This document shows positions 1 through 8,851 of a DNA stretch of 64,000 nucleotides, piece after piece. Below the pieces are notes generated by a model, which was not told the origin of the DNA, did not search any database, and saw nothing but the letters and a program-made list of their open reading frames with translations. Numbering within the stretch: position 1 is the first letter of the stretch; each line of letters opens with the position of its first letter. Origin of the DNA: an uncultured Candidatus Saccharibacteria bacterium (GTDB lineage: Bacteria; Patescibacteriota; Minisyncoccia; Phycocordibacterales; UBA918); NCBI GenBank assembly GCA_964350735.1, contig CAYGKO010000004.1:19583-83582 (forward strand). The letters run 5' to 3'. Both the position numbers and the translations under genes were made by a program.

Positions 1-32
1 GCACAGCGGAGCATGTAGACGTACCAAGACAT
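1..32 (-). CDS. GIY-YIG nuclease family protein (UPF0213/YhbQ-like), 5' end only, runs off the window
   Basis: Hand translation from ATG at 32 gives MSWYVYMLRC, the typical N-terminal W-Y-V-Y-x-L-R-C motif. Only 10 codons are visible. Confidence 0.55.
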   Translation of the reverse strand, partial: MSWYVYMLRC

Positions 33-34
33 GT

Positions 35-139
35 TTATTCTTGAGTTACCTCCTCATCTCCAAATGCTTCGTCGAAATTCTCATAGGCAAATCCAATGAA
101 TAACAGAGCGGCCACTATACAAACGATCAGCTTAAGCAT
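35..139 (-). CDS. Small membrane or secreted protein (34 aa), not in the ORF track
   Basis: MLKLIVCIVAALLFIGFAYENFDEAFGDEEVTQE*. Hydrophobic N-terminus. Its start overlaps the upstream stop and its stop is 2 nt from the next ATG. Confidence 0.55.
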   Translation of the reverse strand: MLKLIVCIVAALLFIGFAYENFDEAFGDEEVTQE

Positions 140-740
140 ATTTATGTCTTCGATATAACCACACTGCCGACAAAACCAGGAGTATAATTGGCAGATACAC
201 TTGCCATGTCACTATAGTCCCTAGGTATCCACTACCAAAGTAGCCATGCAGGGCAAAAATCTGGTCAAGGGATTGAAAATAGGAAATATCCGCAGTCTGA
301 TTGATATCAAGTCGATACTGACCTTCGTTTTTAGGAGAACTTACCTCGATGCGATATACACCAGGACTCAACTCAGCAACCAACTCATTGGAACGGGTGA
401 ATCTAAGTTCACTGACATCATCCTGGTACTCTTGCCAGGACTCATTCTTACCAGCTCTCCTTCCTACTTCACTGACACCTCGCTTCTCTTCTTTAATGAG
501 AATAAGTGAAGATCGCTGATTACCGTCGGGACGTACTGACAACTGGGCTTTGAAGAAGCTCTTTTCAGTCACGACAAACTCCCACGTGTGTGGAAAGTTA
601 GCTAATTCTCCGATAACCACTTGATTGCTTTCACTCGACTGAATAATCCCCAGCTCAAAAGAGTCCTTCGGTTCAAATTCCGCTACTGCCGCTAGTGCGA
701 ACTGCGGAAGCATCAGCAGGGTTAGAAATACCATTCTCAT
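132..740 (-). CDS. Secreted protein with C-terminal membrane anchor, function unknown
   Basis: Signal peptide, beta-rich body, C-terminal TM followed by RRHK. Start moved to ATG 740 because TGGTATGAT lies 6 nt upstream. Confidence 0.7.
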   Translation of the reverse strand: MRMVFLTLLMLPQFALAAVAEFEPKDSFELGIIQSSESNQVVIGELANFPHTWEFVVTEKSFFKAQLSVRPDGNQRSSLILIKEEKRGVSEVGRRAGKNESWQEYQDDVSELRFTRSNELVAELSPGVYRIEVSSPKNEGQYRLDINQTADISYFQSLDQIFALHGYFGSGYLGTIVTWQVYLPIILLVLSAVWLYRRHKYA

Positions 741-802
741 CTCCACATCATACCAAAGAGCGACCCCAAATGAGATCGCTCTTTGCGTACAATGTGTTTT
801 AT

Positions 803-1309
803 CTAGCTTCGGTCTCCACGCTCACCACGATCGTCGTGACCTCGCCCATGTTTCTTGTGGTCTGGCTTCTCGATACCTAACTCATCGAGTAAGGCTCGAG
901 CTTCAGCTTTGTTACCTGTTTTTCGCAATTCATGCGCCTCAACGAAGGTTTCGAAGTCTGATTCAGAAGTGATCTTATCCTCCAGCCGTGTCCCCGCTAT
1001 CGCTTGCTTGAATTCGCTATAGTCTTCAGCATCTACCGCTGCTTTCACATCTTCACGCCTATCTTCTCGCTCTGCTCGCATGGCATTTCGGACTTCTTCG
1101 AGAGTATCAAGGTCTACCCCAGCTTCGGCCAAGATATCGCGCGCTGCATCTCGATCTCCTTCTTTCTTCAGTTCATGTGCTACCTCAAAAGCAGATACTT
1201 GCTCATCTGAAAGTCCGGCATCACGCAAGACATTTGGATTGAAGGCACTGACGCTCGTCGCAGTCAGGGCAAAAGCAGCTACTGGAATGAGTAAATGTTT
1301 GGCTTTCAT
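803..1309 (-). CDS. Secreted helical hypothetical protein
   Basis: Signal peptide (..SVSA), charged helical body with internal repeat FEVAHELKKEGD / FVEAHELRKTGN. Confidence 0.75.
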   Translation of the reverse strand: MKAKHLLIPVAAFALTATSVSAFNPNVLRDAGLSDEQVSAFEVAHELKKEGDRDAARDILAEAGVDLDTLEEVRNAMRAEREDRREDVKAAVDAEDYSEFKQAIAGTRLEDKITSESDFETFVEAHELRKTGNKAEARALLDELGIEKPDHKKHGRGHDDRGERGDRS

Positions 1310-1500
1310 ATTTTATTTTTTATTTGGTTACTTTGGTATAAGGATGATTTGTATAGATAACTGAATAAAATTCTTTCAGTACAAATGCAATATCATGAAG
1401 AGATCTTCTTAATCGTGCTCTTCACTAACTACTACGAACTCACTCGCTATAGTATTTCAAACGCCTCAAACTAGAATATAAAAAATAGAATCGTCAATAA

Positions 1501-2076
1501 TTATTTAAAAAGACTGGGGAATAAATACCCGATCACCCCAGCTTCTTGAAAATCTGTTGCGGAGTATGCGAACGCTTCTGGATCTGCCACGATAGAAAAG
1601 ATTTCGCGCAACACTGTCTGTAAGGCTGAGTTATTGCGTAACTGACTACGGCAAGTATCTAGCTCAAACACTTCACCATCTAACGTAATGGAATAACGAT
1701 AATCAATACCATCTATAAATGATGGGCACTGGGAAGCAGTGAACTCTTTAGTAAGGACACGCAAATCTGCTTGCAGGATATCAGACTTAAGCTCCTGGAA
1801 TTCACGGCGCGGATACGTACCACTCACAGGAGCATCTGCTCCAAGACTTCCTCCAGGCAGGTACTGGAACGAACGATCCGAGGTCAGGCGAAATGAATCG
1901 CAATTAGAGCGACAGCCCCCATACGCATCACCAATGATTTCAAAATTTTCAGAAGTAAAATTCTCTGGCTTATCATCAACATACACCGGGGCAAATACAG
2001 TGAGGTAGACATACACTCCACAAAAAAGTCCGACTAAAGCGGTCGATGCGAGCAAGAAAATATCACGAGCACTCAT
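1501..2076 (-). CDS. Membrane-anchored hypothetical protein
   Basis: N-terminal TM, paired cysteines, extended -10 TGGTATACT 7 nt before the ATG. Confidence 0.7.
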   Translation of the reverse strand: MSARDIFLLASTALVGLFCGVYVYLTVFAPVYVDDKPENFTSENFEIIGDAYGGCRSNCDSFRLTSDRSFQYLPGGSLGADAPVSGTYPRREFQELKSDILQADLRVLTKEFTASQCPSFIDGIDYRYSITLDGEVFELDTCRSQLRNNSALQTVLREIFSIVADPEAFAYSATDFQEAGVIGYLFPSLFK

Positions 2077-2094
2077 AGCAATCAGTATACCAAT

Positions 2095-4008
2095 TTATTT
2101 AGTCGTAAATTCAAATACCCCACTCCAGTCGGTCGGTGGATTTTTCTGCAGATCAATCGCCCGTCCTAGGAACACTTTACTCGGACCATCCTCCGGATCA
2201 ATCTCTAATGCAGCTTTAAATGACTGCTCTGCTTTTAGAAAATCGCCGGCCAGGTACGAGACTCTGCCGGCAGCAAAATGCGCCAAGACTTTTTCTACTT
2301 CAGGAGTCAGGTCGGTAGTGATAAGTTCATAAATACGACGTGGTTCTTTTTTCCCTTTTACCATTACATCATCAAGTTCCCGCGTATGGAGATGTGAAAT
2401 ATCTTTAATCTCATAAAAGGTTTTTTCGCCAATCAAACAAAATACTCCGTATTGCTTGGTCAGTCCTTCGATTCGGGCTGAGAAGTTCACTTCGTCGCCA
2501 ATGATCGAATAATTAAACCGGCGTTTAGAACCCATGTTACCTACCACCACGTCACCCGTACTGACGCCAACACCAATGCCAAACGGTGGGCGGCCTTCGG
2601 CCGCCCACCGTACATTAAGCTTCTGTAGCGACTGCATCATCACCACCACACTCTCACACGCTAACTGCGCGTGGTTTTTCATCTGCAGTGGTGCTCCCCA
2701 AAACGCCATCACTGCATCTCCAATATATTTATCTACCAAACCCTGCTTTTGCATCACCGCCTCGGACATTTCTTCTAAATATTCATTAAGTTGTGTCATC
2801 AATTCTTGCGGCGTGAGCTGTTCTGACAGAGTAGTAAACCCCCGAATATCAGAAAACAAAATGGACAGCTCGCGCGTTTCCCCACCAAGCGCCAACTTAC
2901 CTGGATTCTTCTGTAATTCATCTACTACTTCACTAGCTACGTAATGTTCGAATCCTTTTCGAATGAATTCCTTCTCTTTGCTTTCATACACAAACTGCAG
3001 CAAGAGGAGTGCGCCTGTTAGCAACAAAAACAAAATCAACTCATATAAATGAGGTACTAAAATACCAAAAGAAAATGCGATGTAGGCATCTAAGATAATC
3101 CCGAAAAAGACTACTGCCAGCAAGATGTACAAATTGCGCGCTGTTTTGATTCTAGTAACAATAAGTAAAATCAAAAGCGCTAGAATGACAAACACCAGCA
3201 AGGAACCAGCTGGGTGTAATGGCTCAAGGTAATTCTCTGACCATATTGTATTGATGGCGTTAGCATGCACCTCAACTCCTGGCATTACTCCAAATGGCGT
3301 CTGGAAGGTGTCACCGAGTCCTGCCGCACTGGCTCCTACCAACACAGTTTTGTCTCTGAATAATTCTTTTGGTAGCGTGCCCTTAAGCACATCTACGTAT
3401 GAGAGTGTGGTATAGGTAGTGGCTGGACCTGCAAAGTAGATACGAGTATTTTGAGGGACTGATTCAGTAGATTGAACCGCCGCGACGGTACTCTCGAAGC
3501 TCAAGGTCCCGTCCCGATACAATTCAGCCCGGCGCACAACACCATCACGGTCAGTAGCCGTATTCACAAAACCAGTTTGAGCGGCCTGATCTAAAATCTG
3601 AATTGGTTGTATAACTGTATTGCTTTGTTCGTCGATGACACCTGCCAACACCACTTCACCATCAAACGCTACAATCGAACGCGCTAAATTATTATCGTCT
3701 TCGGCTCCTAAAGATGATGGTTCAGTAAAAAGCACATCGAAACCAACCATTCGGGCTGATCCAATCGCATCCAGCAGCTGGCCGTGAATACTGCGACTCC
3801 AGGGCCACTGACCGATCGCTGCAAGACTTACCTCGTCAATATCAATTATCACGATGTCACTTGAAGGCTCAGACGGCGCAAAGAATCGGTCAGTAAGCTG
3901 AGCTTCAAGTGTATCGAACACACCAAAGTAAAAACTCAGACCAACAACACTCGTCACAACTATCGTGACGAAATACAAAGCTCTAGTGCGAGTGAAGAAT
4001 GTAGACAT
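2095..4008 (-). CDS. CHASE2-domain class III adenylate/guanylate cyclase
   Basis: CHASE2 motifs (IIDIDEVSL..GQWPWSR, PGVEVHANAI), three TMs, cyclase motifs LFSDIRGFT, DKYIGDAVMAFWGAP, GDEVNFSARIEG, TPR-like C-terminus. Confidence 0.93.
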   Translation of the reverse strand: MSTFFTRTRALYFVTIVVTSVVGLSFYFGVFDTLEAQLTDRFFAPSEPSSDIVIIDIDEVSLAAIGQWPWSRSIHGQLLDAIGSARMVGFDVLFTEPSSLGAEDDNNLARSIVAFDGEVVLAGVIDEQSNTVIQPIQILDQAAQTGFVNTATDRDGVVRRAELYRDGTLSFESTVAAVQSTESVPQNTRIYFAGPATTYTTLSYVDVLKGTLPKELFRDKTVLVGASAAGLGDTFQTPFGVMPGVEVHANAINTIWSENYLEPLHPAGSLLVFVILALLILLIVTRIKTARNLYILLAVVFFGIILDAYIAFSFGILVPHLYELILFLLLTGALLLLQFVYESKEKEFIRKGFEHYVASEVVDELQKNPGKLALGGETRELSILFSDIRGFTTLSEQLTPQELMTQLNEYLEEMSEAVMQKQGLVDKYIGDAVMAFWGAPLQMKNHAQLACESVVVMMQSLQKLNVRWAAEGRPPFGIGVGVSTGDVVVGNMGSKRRFNYSIIGDEVNFSARIEGLTKQYGVFCLIGEKTFYEIKDISHLHTRELDDVMVKGKKEPRRIYELITTDLTPEVEKVLAHFAAGRVSYLAGDFLKAEQSFKAALEIDPEDGPSKVFLGRAIDLQKNPPTDWSGVFEFTTK

Positions 4009-4010
4009 GC

Positions 4011-5333
4011 TTATGGTGTTGCAGTATCACTCTCTCCCGCTCCTGATACAGTTATAGTAAGTACCTCTTGCAAGAACGTATCGAAGATATGCAATTCAGT
4101 CGGACTAAAGAGTCCCCAGTCAAATGGCGGTTCGTTATCCACCAAAATTGTATCAACAATATCCATACCTGGGCCACGTACAATCACAAATTCCATACTA
4201 TCAGCAAAACCACTAGTGATCTCTTCAATCTTAAGTACTACCAACTCTTCCTCCTCTTCTAACACCACTTCAAACGCTCCCTTGAGTTCAAACGATTCAT
4301 CACCAGCAAAGAGCTCTATGTCATAGACCTCATCCTTTTCTGGTAGTTCATACGACCCAATAATCAAGATATCATCTCGCGTCACTTCGAACTCAACATC
4401 ACTACCATTAAGCGTTACCCGGTCTACCATTTCAAAGCCTGATCCACTGACTATCACCCTATCTTCAAGTCGAGGATCAAAGCGAACTGGATCAACTTCA
4501 TCGATACTAAGAACGAGCTCTTCGGGTTCTGGCTCAACTTCTGGAGTGGTCGTTGGAGTAATCTCTGGTTCTGGTTCTGGTTCCACCACAGGTACCACTA
4601 GGGCGGGTGGGATAACAACTGCTGGCGGATCGATCTCAATCATCTCAACCGGCTTCACTGTTGTTTCCGGATTATTTTCCACATACCAGTCATCCCGGTC
4701 TAACGGCTTTGTTTCCCTCACCGTAAAAACCTCTCCATTATCTTCAAGCGTACTCCCTGCCGATACAAACACTTCTGTCCCCGGCTTCGTTTCACCAGTA
4801 ACTGGATCGCGTTGCTGCGCTCGGACGGTTCCTTCGGTTACTACCAAGCTTTTAGTCGGATCGAGACTGACACCAAACGACGTCCCACGAACTGCCGCTA
4901 CCATGGTTGGCGTGTACACTTCGTAGACCTCGTCTTGTTCGAGTGCCCGTTCAATTTTGGTCCACGTCTTCCCCGCCGTGAGTTCAATCCTAGTCTGCTT
5001 TTTATCGGGACTAAGCGCTAGCTTGATTTCAGAGTTACTATCAAGTGATGTGATGATCTCCAGGTCGTTAGCAATCACTGCCCGCCCTTCAGTTGAGGTC
5101 CGTACCCCCGCTCCATCTTCCACTTCACTCACCGCACTGATCACCTTCCAAGCCTCGGGATCAAGCAAGCTCGTCATCTCAACGTCCGCAGACAGCGGAG
5201 TAAGAATCGCTCGCTCAGTCGCTTCAACCACTGTCGCTGGATCAGCTAGCTTTTCTTCTGACACGCCTTGATACCAGTACCCAGCCGCCGCTATCACCAC
5301 GAGAATCCCCCCAAGAATATATACGTTTTTCAT
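4011..5333 (-). CDS. FecR-domain protein with Pro-rich linker and IPT/TIG-like domains
   Basis: N-terminal TM, FecR motif VYTPTMVAAVRGTSF, PEPEPE linker, IPT-like segment VIVSGSGF. Confidence 0.8.
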   Translation of the reverse strand: MKNVYILGGILVVIAAAGYWYQGVSEEKLADPATVVEATERAILTPLSADVEMTSLLDPEAWKVISAVSEVEDGAGVRTSTEGRAVIANDLEIITSLDSNSEIKLALSPDKKQTRIELTAGKTWTKIERALEQDEVYEVYTPTMVAAVRGTSFGVSLDPTKSLVVTEGTVRAQQRDPVTGETKPGTEVFVSAGSTLEDNGEVFTVRETKPLDRDDWYVENNPETTVKPVEMIEIDPPAVVIPPALVVPVVEPEPEPEITPTTTPEVEPEPEELVLSIDEVDPVRFDPRLEDRVIVSGSGFEMVDRVTLNGSDVEFEVTRDDILIIGSYELPEKDEVYDIELFAGDESFELKGAFEVVLEEEEELVVLKIEEITSGFADSMEFVIVRGPGMDIVDTILVDNEPPFDWGLFSPTELHIFDTFLQEVLTITVSGAGESDTATP

Positions 5334-5335
5334 AT

Positions 5336-6253
5336 CTAAAATAGCAAATTATCCATTACCGCTTGTCGATCACCAAAGAAAACTTCTTGCGGTAATACTG
5401 TTTTATCTCCTAAGTATATAACAACCTCACTATCTTCGCTGATCTTGGTAGCGATATACCACGGTACTCGCAGCTCAGTATCAGACACCGGTACAAATGG
5501 CATCAACTCACCATCAATTTCGACTTTTCTGAGCTGATTAAACCCTGTGCCAACCACGGTAAGTTGGCCAGGATTTTGAAACCAGAATCCTTCTCGGTGA
5601 GCGGTAATCAGCTCAAACTGTTCACTGCCACCATACTGCCAATCTGCAGCCATGTGCTCAGCGTACCAGACATCTTTTTCAGCTTCGGTAATTGGCCGCA
5701 CCAAGATACTCCCTTCGACCATCTCAGCTACCGCACCGGCTGCTACTGATATACCACTCTCTTCACCACGTATTCGAACCTCCACCACCCCCTCGCCCAC
5801 CACAAACTTCTCTTCCTCATCAGACACATACGTTCCAAAAGACGTCCCTCGCACCGCCGCTACCATGGTTGGAGTGTATACCTCATAGACTTCGTCTTGC
5901 TCGAGGGCGCGCTCGATCCGCGACCACACCTTTCCTGCTGTTACATCTAAAGCTGAAGTTTTCTCAGTATCAGTAAATGTAAGAGTGGTGTTTTCAGCAA
6001 TTGAGCTGATTAGCTGCTCACTACTCTTAATCAGCGCCCGTCCAGTAGCGTCAGTCCCCACCACGTCACCGTCCCCAACAGGAACTTCTCCCGTCACCGA
6101 ATCATTGTTTTTACTCACTATATTCCCAAGCGTCAACAACACAGCTGGTTCATAACGCACCGAATTCTCCAGCACTGTATCCGCATCAGCCACCAACCAG
6201 TAAAACCCCACTCCACTGACCAACACCACAGAGAAACCAAGAAGGTATTTCAT
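5336..6253 (-). CDS. FecR-domain protein with IPT/TIG-like domain
   Basis: N-terminal TM, TPTMVAAVRGTSF motif, LTVVGTGF segment. Paralog of 4011..5333. Confidence 0.8.
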   Translation of the reverse strand: MKYLLGFSVVLVSGVGFYWLVADADTVLENSVRYEPAVLLTLGNIVSKNNDSVTGEVPVGDGDVVGTDATGRALIKSSEQLISSIAENTTLTFTDTEKTSALDVTAGKVWSRIERALEQDEVYEVYTPTMVAAVRGTSFGTYVSDEEEKFVVGEGVVEVRIRGEESGISVAAGAVAEMVEGSILVRPITEAEKDVWYAEHMAADWQYGGSEQFELITAHREGFWFQNPGQLTVVGTGFNQLRKVEIDGELMPFVPVSDTELRVPWYIATKISEDSEVVIYLGDKTVLPQEVFFGDRQAVMDNLLF

Positions 6254-6301
6254 ATACTAGTAATAGTGCCTGTAAATCATTATTTGCACAAGACAAATAC
6301 T

Positions 6302-6331
6302 ACAAACCGCCAGCTGATGCTGGCGGTTTGT
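6302..6331 (-). terminator. Intrinsic terminator-like hairpin
   Basis: ACAAACCGCCAGC-TGAT-GCTGGCGGTTTGT just downstream of 6358..7650. Confidence 0.65.
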
Positions 6332-6357
6332 GTACAATCAACTTATTCAGACCAACT

Positions 6358-7650
6358 CTAGATAGTTCGCATTTCTAGCATTAGAAGTAACGCCTTAATG
6401 AGTTCTATCAGCTGATTCCGCATTGCATCAGTATCACTTTCCACTTCTACGGCTGCAGGTTTGGTTTTTAAGTACTCGCTGTATGTAGGAACTGAGTCAG
6501 TAGCATACGTATTATCGAACTCAATCTCCTCTGCAATATCTTGATAGGTGATCACGCCAGTAATTCGCAGCTGAGTGCGGTTATTCAACTGATCAGTAAT
6601 TTCTTCGATCAAATACCCTTTCCAGAGGCCGCTATCAATTTTATATGCCGTAGTCTGGTATGAGTACTCACAGTCATCGAGATATTCTACAGTCACCAAA
6701 TCTTTTGAAAAAGCGCCATTAGATTTCACCTGCACACGAGTTATATCTCTAGAAGAAAATTCTTCACATCGTTCTAACTTATCGAGATCCGATATAATCT
6801 GTTCCAGCTCGCTGCCATAGTCTGTAAAATTTACATCTATATCTGCAATAGCTTCTATATCATCTTCGTTATATGAACCACCAATACCGTAAGTATCCTG
6901 CATTTCATCAAGTAACGCTTCTAGGTAATTATCAAGGTTTGAATTACCTTGATAACGAAGAGTTATGTAGACAGGGACACTCTCAACTCCAAAATCAATC
7001 AAAGTGGCGATATAGCCATCTTTATCACCAGCTTGGATGGTGATATCTTCAATCTTTGAAAATGTCAGACCGTCACGATCAGCTGCATATCCATCATTGG
7101 ATGGTGAGCCAATGGTACTAAAATCTACATCGACTTTCTCTCTTGCATCTTCTGCGTCTTCTCCAGTCCTGCGACCCAAATCTGCGTACACATCATCTTT
7201 GTCTGTAGTGTCCCAGATTTGGTAGTAACCCTCACGACCATCAGTGTATTCCAACTCCATATCAATCCGGTCTTCTGGGTAATTGATAGTAGCAAATGCT
7301 TCAGCAATAATTACAGAACGAAACTCTGTCACATCTTCAAGGTCATCACCGCCAAAATTACCACGCATCATATAGGCGCTTTGCAGGTGTTCAGCAATAT
7401 CATTGAGCACCTCATCTTCATCGTCTTCGTCGCCAACAAAACCGTCAAAATCTAACTCCTCATCTTCATCTTCAATTTTAACTTCCACCTCAATTTCATT
7501 ATTGTAACCGTACACAACGTTAATGTACTCAATATCATTTTCATCGTAATCTGAATAATCCTCGGCTGCTAAAGCTGGGCCTAAAGAAAATCCGAACATT
7601 AATAACGCTCCTAAAACTATAATCTGAAACTTTGAAATTATTGAACCCAT
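6358..7650 (-). CDS. Highly acidic secreted or surface protein
   Basis: Signal peptide (..ALA), Asp/Glu-rich body, amphipathic C-terminal helix QLIELIKALLLML. Confidence 0.75.
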   Translation of the reverse strand: MGSIISKFQIIVLGALLMFGFSLGPALAAEDYSDYDENDIEYINVVYGYNNEIEVEVKIEDEDEELDFDGFVGDEDDEDEVLNDIAEHLQSAYMMRGNFGGDDLEDVTEFRSVIIAEAFATINYPEDRIDMELEYTDGREGYYQIWDTTDKDDVYADLGRRTGEDAEDAREKVDVDFSTIGSPSNDGYAADRDGLTFSKIEDITIQAGDKDGYIATLIDFGVESVPVYITLRYQGNSNLDNYLEALLDEMQDTYGIGGSYNEDDIEAIADIDVNFTDYGSELEQIISDLDKLERCEEFSSRDITRVQVKSNGAFSKDLVTVEYLDDCEYSYQTTAYKIDSGLWKGYLIEEITDQLNNRTQLRITGVITYQDIAEEIEFDNTYATDSVPTYSEYLKTKPAAVEVESDTDAMRNQLIELIKALLLMLEMRTI

Positions 7651-7797
7651 ATTTTCTACTTAATGTATAAACTCACGCTAATGTTGTGTCCAAACGCACT
7701 ATTCCCTACCCATATCCTATTCACCATACATAACATCTTGATAAACTTCAAGATCAGTATTTGTATACCCCCATAGGTGCGGTATCATGACTGCCAC

Positions 7798-7882
7798 GGA
7801 GAGATGGCTGAGTGGTTTAAGGCGCACGCTTGGAAAGTGTGTAGGGAGCAATCCCTCGCAGGTTCGAATCCTGTTCTCTCCG
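7798..7882 (+). tRNA. tRNA-Ser (anticodon GGA)
   Basis: Acceptor stem GGAGAGA/TCTCTCC, anticodon loop TTGGAAA, long variable arm, T-loop GGTTCGAATCC. CCA not encoded. Confidence 0.95.
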
Positions 7883-8057
7883 CAAAATTAAGTAACCGCT
7901 TCGGCGGTTTTTAATTTTGTGGAGAGAACAGGTGCAGCGTTTTGAAAAAACGCGCTGTACGATTCGAAAAGCGGTTTGTGATAGTTTGTGAGCGTAGCGA
8001 AACAAAGTATCCAAACGCTGCACCGTTCATGTAATGAAAGAATCCTGTTCTCTCCGC
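7883..8057 (+). repeat. Structured tRNA-3'-associated element, copy 1
   Basis: Hairpin, antisense copy of the tRNA 3' end, 63-nt core shared with 53974..54036, then an exact 18-nt repeat of the tRNA 3' end at 8040..8057. Confidence 0.8.
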
Positions 8058-8115
8058 CGTTTAGAGCTAGCACGAGACACTATGTTTCGTGCTGGTTTTG
8101 TTACAATTAATCAAT

Positions 8116-8682
8116 ATGAGTGCTACGACTAAAAACAAACAAGACTTAATCAATAGTTTTAAGCTTCTTGAGACACATATTGCGACATATGAGACAGGTA
8201 ATTATATTGTGTACCAAGCTATGGCAGTTGAGTTAAGAAAATTATTGTGTGAAACAAATCCTTCACCTTTATTAACTCGAGTGATTACTGATTTTAAGTT
8301 ACATAAATTGCATTCAGCAAAACTATTTGAGAAAAATCCTTCCTTATTGGAGGGGTTGGTTAACTTCATGCCTGGCACATTAAGTACAATGAATAAAACA
8401 ATACCAATATTTAACCTAAGCTTTGCTGAAGGATGGGAGCAGATGAATGTGTCAGACTGGGCTGATCAAATATTTTTCAAAGAAAAAATTACAATCCGTG
8501 AACTAATAAAGTCTGTTGCCGACAAAGAGGGGGCTCATTCAGATGAGAATTACAATGATACTTTGATTCATTGCAAAAGTTGGTCTTTCAACAATACCGA
8601 AAGTCATATTCTGGGTATATATGCGATTTCAAAATATGTACTTGCTGTATTTAAAAATGAGTACGAACCAAATTTGGAGTAG
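8116..8682 (+). CDS. AT-rich hypothetical protein, probably horizontally acquired
   Basis: Long ORF next to the tRNA. ATG 8116 chosen because TGTTACAAT lies 8 nt upstream. Contains IKSVADKEGAHSD. Confidence 0.7.
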   Translation: MSATTKNKQDLINSFKLLETHIATYETGNYIVYQAMAVELRKLLCETNPSPLLTRVITDFKLHKLHSAKLFEKNPSLLEGLVNFMPGTLSTMNKTIPIFNLSFAEGWEQMNVSDWADQIFFKEKITIRELIKSVADKEGAHSDENYNDTLIHCKSWSFNNTESHILGIYAISKYVLAVFKNEYEPNLE

Positions 8683-8851
8683 GGCTCGAGACACTATCGG
8701 ATTAAAATCTGGGAATTAGTAAAACGGCCAAGGTGGTCTTGACCACCCACGGTTCTAACTCGAGACAGCCCGCCTCACCCGGCGCGCCTTTTTCTATTAT
8801 TGATCATCTTAGAATTACCCACACAGCACTAATACGCTATACTTTCACACA

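Noticed and set aside
7866-8057. tRNA 3' direct repeat as the att site of a prophage or island
   Set aside because: Only about 175 bp lie between the repeats and no integrase is present. A decayed remnant cannot be excluded but would not explain the shared core.
7817-8073. Minus-strand ORFs 7817..8023 and 7888..8073
   Set aside because: They overlap the tRNA-Ser gene and the structured repeat and have no protein-like features.
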